The notes under the pieces: generated by a model
Told to the model about the DNA's origin: nothing
The model's database searches: none
What the model saw: only the letters and a program-made list of their open reading frames with translations
Part shown: one piece after another, positions 10,303 through 20,966 of the stretch
Numbering within the stretch: position 1 is the first letter of the stretch
How the letters are laid out: every line of letters starts with the position of its first letter
Program-made: the position numbers and the translations under genes
Source: Candidatus Obscuribacterales bacterium
Lineage (GTDB): Bacteria; Cyanobacteriota; Vampirovibrionia; Obscuribacterales; Obscuribacteraceae
Length of the DNA stretch: 64,000 nucleotides
NCBI GenBank assembly: GCA_965228855.1
Contig: CBDDIJ010000005.1
Coordinates: 1,536,001-1,600,000, forward strand
Direction of reading: 5' to 3'

Positions 10303-12330
10303 ATGTCGAACTATCTGACCCTCCCTGGTCGTGGTACAAAACCAGTACGCCGCCTCCCCGGCGCAGTCACGGAGCTCCACGTGGACGAACCCGTCTCATC
10401 CGACCTGCAACAACCGAAAAACAAGCCTGCGCTGAAGTGGATCATTACCGGAGCCGCCGTAGTCCTGTTCGCGCTGGTGCGCACCTTGCCGTGGAACGTG
10501 AGGACCATCCCTGTTCCGGAAGATGATTCGTGGGACCTGGCGCTCAACTATTTCGCCGCGCACCACGCTGTTTCCGGCGTCGATTATGTTTTTACTTTCG
10601 GTCCGCTCGGTTTCATTTACAACGCGACCTATTTCCCGGACACGTTCACCGTCAAACTAATCATGCAGGGCTTGTTTTGCGCACTGACGATGATTGTACT
10701 GGTCATGCAAGGCAAGCGCCTTTTCGGAAAACCTCTCTGGACGATTCTGTGGGTCTTCGCAATCCTTGCCTGGTACGGCTTCTTCGCGGACGTCATGTTT
10801 CTCTCCGTCTCTCTGCTGCTCATAAACCAACACTTTTTACTGGACGATCGAAAAAAAACTCCGTCAATAGAATCCTTCATTCTCGTCTTCCTGCTTGCCT
10901 TGACGGCAATCGTCAAATTCACTTTTACAGTAGCGGCTCTCTGGGTTATCGCTTTCATAGCCGCCGACGAATTGTTCATAAAGCGTTCTAAACCCCTTTT
11001 GACAGCGAGTTTTGCGCTTCTGATTCCAGTTCTCTGGCTGCTCTCAGGCCAGCCTATCACGGCTCTCTACAGTTACGTCACCACATCACTGCAGGTCACA
11101 TCCGGGCACAGCGAGGCTATGTCGTTCGTTGAAAATCCCAACTGGGTGATGCCAGTGCTCTTAGCGGCCGGCGCTGCGTCTCTAGTTTTCTTGAGCTTCG
11201 GCAGACTGTGCTACAACCGACTCGGGCGCACGCTCGTTCCCGCGCTCCTTGCACAGAGCGGGATTTTCTTCTTGATCTTCAAAGCTGCCTATGTTCGTCA
11301 CACTGTGGATCATGAACCCATAGCCTCCTCTGTTTACGGCTTCGCGGCACTGGCATTGATACCACTAATTCTGAAGCTAGAGAAGAGCGCGTTCACAAAA
11401 TATGCGGGTATCGGCGCCATCACCGTAATGACGATATTCGCATTCCCCATGAGCCTACCAGTCGATTTGCCAGTGTTTGCAAGATATCCAGCTCTTCTAT
11501 TGAGCAACGTCTTAGGAGTCGTCCAGAAGACGGCGCCGTGCATTTCATACCTCTCTGGCTCATCCGTTCTGCCAACTAAGTATGAAGAACGCATGCAGGA
11601 AATCCGGAAAGAAAATCCGCTTCCGAAGCTGACAGGCACGGTCGATATTTATCCAGTTATGTGCAAAGTGCCCATTGCGTACAAATTCGAGTATAAACCG
11701 AGACCAGTTTTTCAAAGCTACCTTGCCTATCGAAAGCCGCTGCTAGAGCTAAACAATGAGCATTTGAAAACGGACAGCGCAGCGGACACAATAATCATTC
11801 AATCTTTGCACGATTGCTATGGATATTATCCGTTGCTTTACGACGGTCCATCCTGGATTGAATTGCTCTCTCGCTACGAGCCTCAATCCTGCCAACCGGC
11901 AGGGCTCATAGTAAGGAAACGACAAGCACCACGCGCGGTGAACCTTATACCGGTGAAAACGCTGTCCACAAAACTGGAAGAGCCGATCTTGCTTCAGGAG
12001 TTCAAAAGTAAAACTGTTTTCGCCAGGATCGATCTAAAGCTTGGAGCTGCTGGAACTCTCCAGAAGTTATTTTTCCGAATTTATCCCCCTGAGATTGAAG
12101 CTAAGCTTACAGATGGCACCACGAAGAGATTCATCGCGCCAAGCGAGATTATGAAGGCTGGATTTATCATAACTCCATTCGCTGAATCTCCTGAAGATGT
12201 GGAAAAGCTCTTCAATGTCGTCAACGGTGCCAGACAGGTTGAATCTATAAAGCTGTTGGAACAGAAGAACGATTTTCCGTGGACGATCTTTTCCCGAGAC
12301 ATTTCAGTCGAGTTATTTGACGTCCGGTAA
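10303..12330 (+). CDS. Polytopic membrane protein, probable GT-C-like glycan-modifying enzyme
   Basis: 675 aa; EDDSW...G.DYVFTFGPLGF first loop, many TMs, extracytoplasmic C-terminus with PRPVFQSY. Confidence 0.68.
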   Translation: MSNYLTLPGRGTKPVRRLPGAVTELHVDEPVSSDLQQPKNKPALKWIITGAAVVLFALVRTLPWNVRTIPVPEDDSWDLALNYFAAHHAVSGVDYVFTFGPLGFIYNATYFPDTFTVKLIMQGLFCALTMIVLVMQGKRLFGKPLWTILWVFAILAWYGFFADVMFLSVSLLLINQHFLLDDRKKTPSIESFILVFLLALTAIVKFTFTVAALWVIAFIAADELFIKRSKPLLTASFALLIPVLWLLSGQPITALYSYVTTSLQVTSGHSEAMSFVENPNWVMPVLLAAGAASLVFLSFGRLCYNRLGRTLVPALLAQSGIFFLIFKAAYVRHTVDHEPIASSVYGFAALALIPLILKLEKSAFTKYAGIGAITVMTIFAFPMSLPVDLPVFARYPALLLSNVLGVVQKTAPCISYLSGSSVLPTKYEERMQEIRKENPLPKLTGTVDIYPVMCKVPIAYKFEYKPRPVFQSYLAYRKPLLELNNEHLKTDSAADTIIIQSLHDCYGYYPLLYDGPSWIELLSRYEPQSCQPAGLIVRKRQAPRAVNLIPVKTLSTKLEEPILLQEFKSKTVFARIDLKLGAAGTLQKLFFRIYPPEIEAKLTDGTTKRFIAPSEIMKAGFIITPFAESPEDVEKLFNVVNGARQVESIKLLEQKNDFPWTIFSRDISVELFDVR

Positions 12331-12583
12331 GATTTAATTCGATGATTTTGCAACATTTTAATTCGCGCTCCAAACGCCGTCGCAGCATGATTTGAGACAG
12401 CGCAGATGAGTCGAGTTAATGTGCCAGACGAGAACATAATGAAGGTCAGACCTTCCGGTAAAATCGATCGACAGGTATGATGGAATTACTTACCATAACT
12501 TTCGCGCAAGATTTTTCAGCTCTCGTCTCCCGTGACAATCACGGAAAAATTTGAATTGTTGATTGCTTGCGCAAGGCAGGCTT

Positions 12584-13480
12584 ATGCCTCTCAACGACAC
12601 AACAAAACAAAGTCTGGTCAACCATATTAATCAGTGGCGACGCATCGGTTTAGCTACCGGTAGCTCCGACAAAAATGCAACTGAGCGTTTTATCGCTCAA
12701 GCATATTCAATCGTCGGCTTGCCGGCACCACAGAGATTCGTGTGGGTAAAATCACCGATGGCCGGAGCAGTTGCCGCGGCACAATGCGTGACAATTTTTC
12801 CCTCGGTCAGTCAACGCGTGTGGCGCAAACCACAAGAGTTCATGACAAAACGGCTCTGGGGTAAGGCTCACGACCAGAGCCAAATCGAGCACTGGACAAA
12901 CATCGATAACTTCATCACACGCTCCCCTCTGATGGTCGTTCGAGACAATGTCATGATTCCAATCTGCCAGCAGATTGTCGACCAGGGGAATGAGAGAAAT
13001 CGCCAGGCGCGCTCTTCGGTTTTTGTGAGCGGCAGACACAGCGTCTCAAATTTGTCGACGGAGATCTGGGCCAGTGCCCTGTCAGGGATGAAAGCGGTTT
13101 TGACTCAAAAAGAACTACGCGATATTGGTGGCACACCGAGCTGGGAGAAGATAACGGAACAATTGCAAGCTTGCGGCTATGGAAGCATGGACGCGATTTT
13201 TCTTGCCCTTCTAGACTACGCCAATATGCAAGGTTTGAACTTAACCGACATCTCCGGCATCGCCGGAGTCGCAAAAAATGCCGGTCTCTGGTGGCCGTTA
13301 AAGGACATCTGCGTTGTTTCCGAACGCCCTAAAGTTCTCGCGTTGAACAAACAGGGTCAATTGCATATGGAGAACGCGATGGCTGTCGAATACGAAGACA
13401 ACTGGGGCATTTATGCGTTGAACGGAAAAACAGTTACACGCGACGTCGCGCAAAGTGCCGTAAAAATTCCTGTGGACTAG
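12584..13480 (+). CDS. DUF6745-like domain protein
   Basis: C-terminal GLWWPLKDICVVSERP...GQLH...AVEYEDNWGIYALNG; N-terminal AY...GLPAP..FVWVKSP. Confidence 0.7.
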   Translation: MPLNDTTKQSLVNHINQWRRIGLATGSSDKNATERFIAQAYSIVGLPAPQRFVWVKSPMAGAVAAAQCVTIFPSVSQRVWRKPQEFMTKRLWGKAHDQSQIEHWTNIDNFITRSPLMVVRDNVMIPICQQIVDQGNERNRQARSSVFVSGRHSVSNLSTEIWASALSGMKAVLTQKELRDIGGTPSWEKITEQLQACGYGSMDAIFLALLDYANMQGLNLTDISGIAGVAKNAGLWWPLKDICVVSERPKVLALNKQGQLHMENAMAVEYEDNWGIYALNGKTVTRDVAQSAVKIPVD

Positions 13481-13491
13481 ACTGCTAGATG

Positions 13492-14535
13492 TCACCTTGC
13501 ACCACGCGCGGTATCAGACCCACGCGCAGCAAACAAGCCATGCACTTGCCCTACACCGTAGGAAAGATGCGTAACAGCGTAAATTATAAATACCATGGGC
13601 ACATAATGCGGTTTCCCATGCGTAACACAGGCATACACACTAACGAGTAGCGTCAGTAAAACATAGACCATGAGTGGCGCCGCAACCAAAAGACAGAACG
13701 GCGATGGAAGAATCCAAGAAACCAGAGCCATCAGACAAGCGGTGAGAAGAAGAATCGGCGCGGCGAACTGCGGTTTTATATGCGAAGGATCTTTTCGCAT
13801 CAACCAGGTTCGTCCCTTGCCGTAGACCTCCATGTTTTTCATCCAACTGACGATGTCTTCACGCCACTTGTGAGTGATACCCGCTCTTGGCTCGAATAAT
13901 AGTTTGAAACCTTTCCCGCGCAGGCGATGACTGAGATCGACATCCTCGGAAATGTTTCCTTGAAACTCGTCGAACATCCCGATGTCCACCACCTTCTGAC
14001 GATCGTACATAACGTTGAGCGTCGGCAAATGATCGACGGACATTCGTTGATCCAAAATCTTCGCTTGAACGGAACCGTGATTGCCCCAGTAGTTAGTCGT
14101 GGCAACCGCCACCGCCCGCCTGAAGAATGTGGTATCAGTCGGCGCTGTATTCGGACCACCAATCGCAGCTAAGGAAGCGTCTTTTGCGAGTTCTTCGGAA
14201 AAGGCCCGCTCCAGCCAAGTCAACCAGGTCGTGGAGGCTTCGCAATCCGCGTCGATAAACGCCACCACGTCATGCTTGGCCGCCTTTATGCCTGCGTTTC
14301 GGGTTACAGCAATTCCCGGGACCGGATTTTCGACGATGCGAAAATGGACGAACCCATTCATAGCTTCACGAGCAATCTCTTGCGTTCTATCGGTCGAACC
14401 ATTGTCCACAAGCACGACTTCGTAGCACTCTTGCGGGTAATCTTGCGCTCTCAACGATTCCAAACATTTCCGAATGTCGTTTTCTTCATTGCGAGCGATC
14501 ACGACAACGGAAACATTTCGCTGTGGTTTATCCAC
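13492..14535 (-). CDS. Glycosyltransferase family 2 (ExoA-like) with C-terminal TMs
   Basis: VSVVVIARNEE, VDNGSTD, FIDADC (DxD) and SEDVDL motifs. Confidence 0.9.
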   Translation of the reverse strand: MDKPQRNVSVVVIARNEENDIRKCLESLRAQDYPQECYEVVLVDNGSTDRTQEIAREAMNGFVHFRIVENPVPGIAVTRNAGIKAAKHDVVAFIDADCEASTTWLTWLERAFSEELAKDASLAAIGGPNTAPTDTTFFRRAVAVATTNYWGNHGSVQAKILDQRMSVDHLPTLNVMYDRQKVVDIGMFDEFQGNISEDVDLSHRLRGKGFKLLFEPRAGITHKWREDIVSWMKNMEVYGKGRTWLMRKDPSHIKPQFAAPILLLTACLMALVSWILPSPFCLLVAAPLMVYVLLTLLVSVYACVTHGKPHYVPMVFIIYAVTHLSYGVGQVHGLFAARGSDTARGAR

Positions 14536-15616
14536 CTGTGATCATCGCTCCAATCACTTTCGCAGCCTCTTTCTTCGCAAAGACGACATTGCAGTTAGAC
14601 GCACACTCGAAGGAGCAACGACACTTCGAATCGACGATGTACTTCGCAACACTCTTAGCTTTTTCAGTTGCCATGGCCTTTCGCACATCGAAGTCAAAGT
14701 CGGCTAGTGTAGCCATGTTCGAATCGTAGTCAGGCTGCATCTGTCCCAGCACTTCGCATGGTTGCAAAACACCTCGCTCCGTGATTGAAACGAATTTGCG
14801 ACCGGCCAGACATTCCCAAACGTGCTCATCGTTCTTCAAATAACGATAGATTCCGTCTTTTGCAATTTTGTTGATAGCGCTCAGAATCGGATTATGGTTT
14901 CTTCTAATATCACGGTCGTGAACGTGCTCCAGAGCCTTCGCCCACTCATCCGCAGTTACGTCCTTCTCTTCCTGATGCTCGGCATTCCCGCGTGGATAGA
15001 GGAATTGATAGTAGTCGAAATCAGCTTGCTCACGCATGTAATCAAAGAGTTGCGTCACACGTTCCTTATTCGATGCAGTCATGCACGTAGCAAGATCCAG
15101 ATTGAACAAGGGATCTTTTGCGCGAATCTCAGACAGAGCCTTGAGAGTATCGCAGGCGTGTTGAAAAATACCAGGCACTTTTCGATAGGCATCGTGCTCT
15201 TCTTGGAAATCGTCGAATGAAATCTGAATCTTCAACTTCAGACGAGGACAGTGTTTCCGGATGTAATCATAGCCCTTCAAAATGAAGTCTGTGTAGAATC
15301 CATTGGTGACTATGTTGCAGTACAGGATACCGGAGTGGGTATAAAATTTCTCGACAATCTGCGGCAAATCCTTCCGGAGAAACGGTTCGCCACCTCCGAT
15401 CGACAGATAAATCAAGTTCATGCTCTTCGCCATTTTCTCGATTTCGTCGAGTTTTAATTCCTTCTTTGCGTTCGCTGATGCGATTTCTTCCCAATAGAAG
15501 CAGTGTTTGCAGCGGGCATTGCAGACCGCCGTGCAGAAGAAGATGAGGTACGATGGGTCGGGAGAAAAGTATGAATGGAGAAAATGCATCGCTTCTGTTA
15601 TAGAATTGCGTGCCAT
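14528..15616 (-). CDS. Radical SAM protein with Twitch/SPASM-like C-terminus
   Basis: CNARCKHC (CxxxCxxC), GGGEPFLR, TNG, CLAGRKFVSITERGVLQPC, C-terminal CRCSFEC. Confidence 0.9.
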   Translation of the reverse strand: MARNSITEAMHFLHSYFSPDPSYLIFFCTAVCNARCKHCFYWEEIASANAKKELKLDEIEKMAKSMNLIYLSIGGGEPFLRKDLPQIVEKFYTHSGILYCNIVTNGFYTDFILKGYDYIRKHCPRLKLKIQISFDDFQEEHDAYRKVPGIFQHACDTLKALSEIRAKDPLFNLDLATCMTASNKERVTQLFDYMREQADFDYYQFLYPRGNAEHQEEKDVTADEWAKALEHVHDRDIRRNHNPILSAINKIAKDGIYRYLKNDEHVWECLAGRKFVSITERGVLQPCEVLGQMQPDYDSNMATLADFDFDVRKAMATEKAKSVAKYIVDSKCRCSFECASNCNVVFAKKEAAKVIGAMITGG

Positions 15617-15696
15617 GTTTTCGTCCTCGGATAGTAAGTTTAGACAGACTCTAATAAGTCATTATAGACATATATGCCCGGACTCCAGGTAATAAA

Positions 15697-16902
15697 GTGA
15701 CAGAATCACATTCCGCCGTACAATCTGAAACAACTTCAGCAAAACCGCTTCTGTCGGTCGTAATGCCCTGCCTCAACGAAGAAGAGGCTCTTCCGATCTG
15801 TATTGAGAAGTTGAAGACGGTTTTCGAGCGCGAAAAAATAAACGCCGAGATTGTAGTTTCTGATAATGGTTCCACCGATAGATCCGTCGAAATCGCGCAA
15901 AGTATGGGCGTCCACCTCGTGCATCAGCCAATGCGTGGCTATGGAAACGCCTACTTGAAAGGCTTCGAAGAGGCTCTTGGCGATTACCTGATCATGGTGG
16001 ACGCCGACGATACCTACGACTTCAACTTAATACCGAAGTTTTTGGAAGAGCTTATTGATAAGAAAAAAGAATTTGTAACCGGCAGCCGTTACCTTGAAGG
16101 CGGGCATGGGCACATAAAATTCCTTCATCGCATAATCGGCAATCCGCTGCTCACAGCTATACTAAATTTCTTTTTCGATACTAAGTATACCGACGTCTAC
16201 TGCGGCTATCGAGGATTCAGCCGGGAGACATATGAACTGATCAAGCCTGTCAGCCCGGGGATGGAATTCAACCTGGAGTTGGCTATCAACGCCAAGCTTG
16301 CAAACATTTCCATCTCAGAAATTCCTATTGTTCTCGCGCCTCGCATCGGCGACTCCAAGTTGCACACCTTGCGAGATGGCTGGCGCAGCCTGCGGTTCAT
16401 GATCCTCTATTCGCCAAACCACATCTTCCTCGTTCCCGGCATCACGATGCTCGCCCTTGGCGCAATCGCGCATGTAGTGACTCTACTGGGGGTTTTGAAC
16501 GTCGGCGATGCACAACTCCAGTCCGAACTTGCCGTCCTTGGCACCATATTTAGTGTCCTGGGAGTTGAAGTCGTGAGCTTATGGCTACACGCAAAAACGT
16601 ACTCCTGGAGCCGTCGCTTCGATAAAGAAAACGAATTTCTCCTCAACTTTTACGGGCTGTTTAATCTTGAAATGGGATTGATCATGGGCGTGGCCATGAC
16701 GCTCGCTGGCTGGATCATCATCGGGATCACGCTAGCAGCTTACATGCACCACGAAGTCGCCTTCGGAGGTAATCCTGCCTGGGTTCCATTCTCAGCTACA
16801 TTAATCATGGTGGGAGCCATGACCTGCTTCTCATCGCTGTTCATCAGTGCAATGTCGATTACTCGCTCGATTGAACCACGCTCGATATTGCCCAAGAAAT
16901 AG
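15697..16902 (+). CDS. GT2 polyprenol-phosphate glycosyltransferase (DPM1-like) with C-terminal TMs
   Basis: SVVMPCLNEE, DNGSTD, RGYGNA, MVDADDTYD, GMEF, SKLHTLRDGWR. Confidence 0.9.
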   Translation: MTESHSAVQSETTSAKPLLSVVMPCLNEEEALPICIEKLKTVFEREKINAEIVVSDNGSTDRSVEIAQSMGVHLVHQPMRGYGNAYLKGFEEALGDYLIMVDADDTYDFNLIPKFLEELIDKKKEFVTGSRYLEGGHGHIKFLHRIIGNPLLTAILNFFFDTKYTDVYCGYRGFSRETYELIKPVSPGMEFNLELAINAKLANISISEIPIVLAPRIGDSKLHTLRDGWRSLRFMILYSPNHIFLVPGITMLALGAIAHVVTLLGVLNVGDAQLQSELAVLGTIFSVLGVEVVSLWLHAKTYSWSRRFDKENEFLLNFYGLFNLEMGLIMGVAMTLAGWIIIGITLAAYMHHEVAFGGNPAWVPFSATLIMVGAMTCFSSLFISAMSITRSIEPRSILPKK

Positions 16903-16903
16903 A

Positions 16904-18577
16904 CTACTGCTTCTTTTCGGGAATCAAATAAATTAGCCCTTTGGTGCCCGGAATGCGGGTCCATCCAGGTCCTGGCTCCGCAATCTCGCGATCCACAGCC
17001 CAGGTTTGAACAATCGCTTTGACATTATGCTGGCGTAAAACTTCGATCAACTGCTGTCTGCGATCCGGCGAGAGCTGCCAAAAGCCGTCAATGTCGAAGA
17101 TATCCGCGATGATTCGCACTCGCGCAAGGCGAGCCCAGAAGTACCGTCGAAAGCCGAGCTGAGCAATTTTGTCACCAGGTTTCAGACCCGCCTCACGTAT
17201 CGCACGAGCAATTGGTTCGTCTAACTTAGCAGGAAATAGGTCAAACATTTTCTTGTGCATCCAAAGTCCCATCAGTAAAATGCACACGGACAAAGAGCAT
17301 ACGGTTCCACAAAAGATCCGCGCGGCGACGCCACCGCTTTTGGTGCCGGGAGGGCGAACGGCCGCTATGGCACCTGAATAGATTAGAACTATCCAGGCTA
17401 CGAAATACCGCTCCATGAAGTGTCCCCAGAGATTTACAGTCACGGCATATATCCCGACGGCGACCAGCCCGGGAAGAGCGATAGGCATTGCATCAGCGAA
17501 ACCGGCACGCGTGAATATGGAACGACGGAGCCAGAGAGAAGACAATACGTAGGCGACGAGCAACACGCCAAAAATTTCCAGAGCAAAATACCTTATGTTC
17601 TTAATCGCAAAGTCTAATGCTCGCCCTGCTACATCGTGACCAGGAGCGCCTTCCGTCCAGTACGCCGGATTGTACCAGGGTGGATAAGTGCCACCAATAG
17701 CGGCATCATCGAATTCGTAGACATCAGGCTTCTCAAAAATTTTATTGGATTTATGCTTGAGCTCTGGAAACTGAAAATGAACCTGCTGATCGTTTTGATT
17801 GTTTGAATAGAGAGACAACGTTCTCGTAGAATCGCTAATGGTCGGATGTCCGAAGGAAATTGAAATGGCAGCGATGAATGGACCAGCGATGCACAGCTGC
17901 ACCGCGGCAGCGAACACTAAACCCTTCCACCAGTTTCGTTCATTACGAACCGACCACCATGCCAGAAGGTAATAGAATAAACTGACCGGCAGAAGAACCG
18001 CTTTCGCAAGGTATCCGCATCCCAACGTCGCTCCCATAATCGCAAAATTTCGATTGCGTTTTTCACCCATCTGTATCTTCAGAAGTGCATTGCTGGAAAG
18101 CATCACAAACGTCGCGACCAACATGTCCGGAGTGTCTTTGTCACAGCCCCCAAGCATGAGCGCGGAGACAGCAATCACCGAGTACATATATATCCAGAAC
18201 GTCGGCTTCGTTAGCCACCTCTGATCTAGAGCCGCAATTCGACGCCACAGCGTTGAGGAGAAACAGACTGACACAACAACGAAACAGCCCAAAACGAAAA
18301 GATTTGTCAATCGAACTGCCAGCATCTCGTGATCAATATCCGGCTTAAAAACAGCCAGAACGCCGCCAAGTAACCAGGAGTACATAGGCGACCAGTAATG
18401 GTTTATCGCATGCTGAAAATCGCCGCGCCAATATGCGTCACCGACATCCAGGTACGAAATCAAATCGATGCTGTGCGATATGTGCCGCCATTCCACCACT
18501 TGAAATATCGCATAAGCCAGGATAAATAGAAGGCACCCGGAATGAACGGCTAAAAGTTTTGTCTTTTCACTAACCAC
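16904..18577 (-). CDS. GT-C fold membrane glycosyltransferase-like protein (paralogue 3)
   Basis: DLISYLD, YWSPMY, DTPDM, GYLAKA, YPPWYNPAYW, WTRIPGT; GTG start at 18577 overlaps the end of the HTTM gene. Confidence 0.7.
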   Translation of the reverse strand: MVSEKTKLLAVHSGCLLFILAYAIFQVVEWRHISHSIDLISYLDVGDAYWRGDFQHAINHYWSPMYSWLLGGVLAVFKPDIDHEMLAVRLTNLFVLGCFVVVSVCFSSTLWRRIAALDQRWLTKPTFWIYMYSVIAVSALMLGGCDKDTPDMLVATFVMLSSNALLKIQMGEKRNRNFAIMGATLGCGYLAKAVLLPVSLFYYLLAWWSVRNERNWWKGLVFAAAVQLCIAGPFIAAISISFGHPTISDSTRTLSLYSNNQNDQQVHFQFPELKHKSNKIFEKPDVYEFDDAAIGGTYPPWYNPAYWTEGAPGHDVAGRALDFAIKNIRYFALEIFGVLLVAYVLSSLWLRRSIFTRAGFADAMPIALPGLVAVGIYAVTVNLWGHFMERYFVAWIVLIYSGAIAAVRPPGTKSGGVAARIFCGTVCSLSVCILLMGLWMHKKMFDLFPAKLDEPIARAIREAGLKPGDKIAQLGFRRYFWARLARVRIIADIFDIDGFWQLSPDRRQQLIEVLRQHNVKAIVQTWAVDREIAEPGPGWTRIPGTKGLIYLIPEKKQ

Positions 18578-19526
18578 TGACTGTGCCCTTCGAGCCACCA
18601 CTTGCGGTGCCACTACGACAAGTCCGAATCCCTGCAACTATTGCACGTTCCACTTTACGAACATCTTTTGGGTCGATAAAACACACCAGCGTGGAGATGA
18701 CGAACGGCTGGAATAACGGAATGTTCAACGTAAAATGCATGCCCAGGTGAAATACAAATGCAGATGCAAGGAGCGCATATCTAATTGGTTTAAACCAGAG
18801 CAGAAGCGCCCAGGCGGTTTCCAGGATCAACGTCATATAGGAAAAAACTTTGGACATCCACGGCTCGAAGAAGAACGGCGGCAGCGGAAACAACTGAAAG
18901 TTTTTCTGCCGAAAGACGTAATAGAGCGCAAGCCCTTCTTGCCAGATCGGTCGCATTATTTTTACCGCTGCTGCCGATGCATAAAGCAAAAACAATTGCA
19001 CCCGAATGAGGTATTCAAACACTGGCAGCGACCATGTTCTGTAAAACTCGCCACGCCGTTTTGCCAGCCAGTAATCGATCGAATATCTGCCACCACATCG
19101 TGAAAAGAGAAGAATTGACAAAGTAGTTATCTGATAGCAATCCGCTCCGGTGACAACCATCAAATTGCGGAAACTAAGACTGGAAGCGGTTGTAATCAGC
19201 ACAAGCAGGCTGAGGTTGGTTTTAAAACCGACCATAACAAATATCGCTGCGAGGAGATGAAGAACAGGAATTGCGGTTGCAAGCAACTCGATCATGGATG
19301 GATCGTTAGTCAGATTGAACAGACAGAGATGCGCTCCCGGCCATACTTCCCTTGCAGTAGCAGCTGCCACCATGGGATTTACAGAACCGTACATCGAAGG
19401 CGCATCTCGCAATACATGCAGTGCTTTCAGGATTGAAACAAATCCAACCATAATTCGGCACACCGAGATGCTGGCGGTATCCCGCGGGGTGAGCCAGAAC
19501 TTGTAGATTGGCTTGAGAAAACTCAT
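18570..19526 (-). CDS. HTTM-domain protein (vitamin K-dependent carboxylase-like / SdpB-like)
   Basis: ASISVCRIMVG, RN...GAD, YSID, IRVQL..LY.SAA..K....WQEG.AL, FHLG...LNI..F pattern typical of HTTM proteins. Confidence 0.78.
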   Translation of the reverse strand: MSFLKPIYKFWLTPRDTASISVCRIMVGFVSILKALHVLRDAPSMYGSVNPMVAAATAREVWPGAHLCLFNLTNDPSMIELLATAIPVLHLLAAIFVMVGFKTNLSLLVLITTASSLSFRNLMVVTGADCYQITTLSILLFSRCGGRYSIDYWLAKRRGEFYRTWSLPVFEYLIRVQLFLLYASAAAVKIMRPIWQEGLALYYVFRQKNFQLFPLPPFFFEPWMSKVFSYMTLILETAWALLLWFKPIRYALLASAFVFHLGMHFTLNIPLFQPFVISTLVCFIDPKDVRKVERAIVAGIRTCRSGTASGGSKGTVSG

Positions 19527-20098
19527 TTGCGCTCCTCCGCTCCCGAAGGAACTCTACCCTCGCCTGTTTTCGCGTCGAGCTCAAACAACACAACTCGACC
19601 CACAATCGCAGGTTTTTGCGTCTCTCCGGGCGGAGGAATTGACTCATCGGTCTTGTAGACATCAACAGCAACGACTGCGTCGTCAGGCTTCGCAAGCGCC
19701 TTTGCCGCATATTTTGCAGCGTCTCGCAGAAGGCGAGGATCGGTTTCGAAACCGTGGTCGCCGATGTTTTCATCGAGCCAGTTTCGCATGATCGCCTCGT
19801 GCCCCTTGTCCCAAATCGGCGTGTGCTCGAGGTCTACCGGCGACCACTCCACAGTTTTACCTGAGTCGAATTTGGTCAGAAACGTGATGCGAGTATTAAC
19901 TGCACGCGGTTTAGAAAATAAACCGAAAGTCCATCGCACATCAAGAAGATTCTTAGCCAGAGCGTCGTAAACAATCGCATGCGGTCCTTCGACTCGCAAT
20001 GGCTCATTTGCAAAGAGCACCGTCAGTAGCACCACATGAATGGCTACGATCTGACAAGATCGTTTGATTTCCTTGAATTTCCTGTTCGAATTTTTCAT
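19523..20098 (-). CDS. Membrane-anchored HTTM partner protein (DUF5819/SdpA-like)
   Basis: One N-terminal TM; WTFGLFSKP resembles the WxLFAPxP motif; ATGA overlap with the HTTM gene; start uncertain (20098-20182). Confidence 0.55.
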   Translation of the reverse strand: MKNSNRKFKEIKRSCQIVAIHVVLLTVLFANEPLRVEGPHAIVYDALAKNLLDVRWTFGLFSKPRAVNTRITFLTKFDSGKTVEWSPVDLEHTPIWDKGHEAIMRNWLDENIGDHGFETDPRLLRDAAKYAAKALAKPDDAVVAVDVYKTDESIPPPGETQKPAIVGRVVLFELDAKTGEGRVPSGAEERK

Positions 20099-20208
20099 TC
20101 TCGCACCGCAAACCATAATACCAGATTGGTTTACGAGCCTTGCGAAAAGAATTGGCTCCCGCTTGCGCAGAAGCCAATTCAAAGCTGTCCGTGTCCTGAT
20201 AAAACTGT

Positions 20209-20817
20209 TTAGAACCGGTTGAGCACCCGACCGAGCAACGACGAAACGCCGTTACCGTAGCCGTAGCCATTTAACCCGAGATTATTGAGCCCTACGCCGC
20301 CAAGGCCGAGATTGCCGTTGCCGTTTAGGTATCCATTACCGACACCGCTTACAGCATCACTGTAACCGTTGTTGTAGCCGGCATTGTAAGAGACGTTGTT
20401 GTTCAAACCGTTGCCATAGATGCCGTTATTAAGCCCAGAGAGCCCATACGGATTACTGACATTGTTGAGATAGGCACCATTCACAGCAGCGTTACCGTAC
20501 GGAATCCCAGCCGCAGCCATCTGCTGCTGACGAATTTGCCGCGCCACTTTTCGTTGCTGCTTGATCTGACGCTTCACGGCTTTATTGTTGTTGTAGTATT
20601 GATTGCCGAAAGTATTCGCGAGAACGCCGGTGTTATAGCCGTTGTTGTAGCGCCCGTTGTTGTAACCATACTGCGAAGACGCATTGTTCCATCGCCCGCC
20701 GTGATGCCCATTAAAGTTACCGTTGCAAGATTGCGCTTGTGCCGGTTCAAGCGCGCTCATCATTGTCATCCCGGCAAGCATTGTCGCTACGAGACTGAGA
20801 GTAAAAATTCTCTTCAT
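20209..20817 (-). CDS. Secreted Gly/Asn/Tyr-rich low-complexity protein
   Basis: Signal peptide ending AQA; GYNNG/GLNN repeats; central Q/K/R-rich helix; GGAG RBS. Confidence 0.8.
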   Translation of the reverse strand: MKRIFTLSLVATMLAGMTMMSALEPAQAQSCNGNFNGHHGGRWNNASSQYGYNNGRYNNGYNTGVLANTFGNQYYNNNKAVKRQIKQQRKVARQIRQQQMAAAGIPYGNAAVNGAYLNNVSNPYGLSGLNNGIYGNGLNNNVSYNAGYNNGYSDAVSGVGNGYLNGNGNLGLGGVGLNNLGLNGYGYGNGVSSLLGRVLNRF

Positions 20818-20966
20818 TGTGATAATCTCCACTAGAGAAAAAAGGAAATTAGTGCAAGGCAGAGCCTGCGCAGGACAAGCCTTTCGCCACCGAAGCCAAT
20901 TTCGAGCACACTGAGAGAACTGACGCCGGGACGATTTCGATGTTCCCGCCCCGGATCACAAACTCG

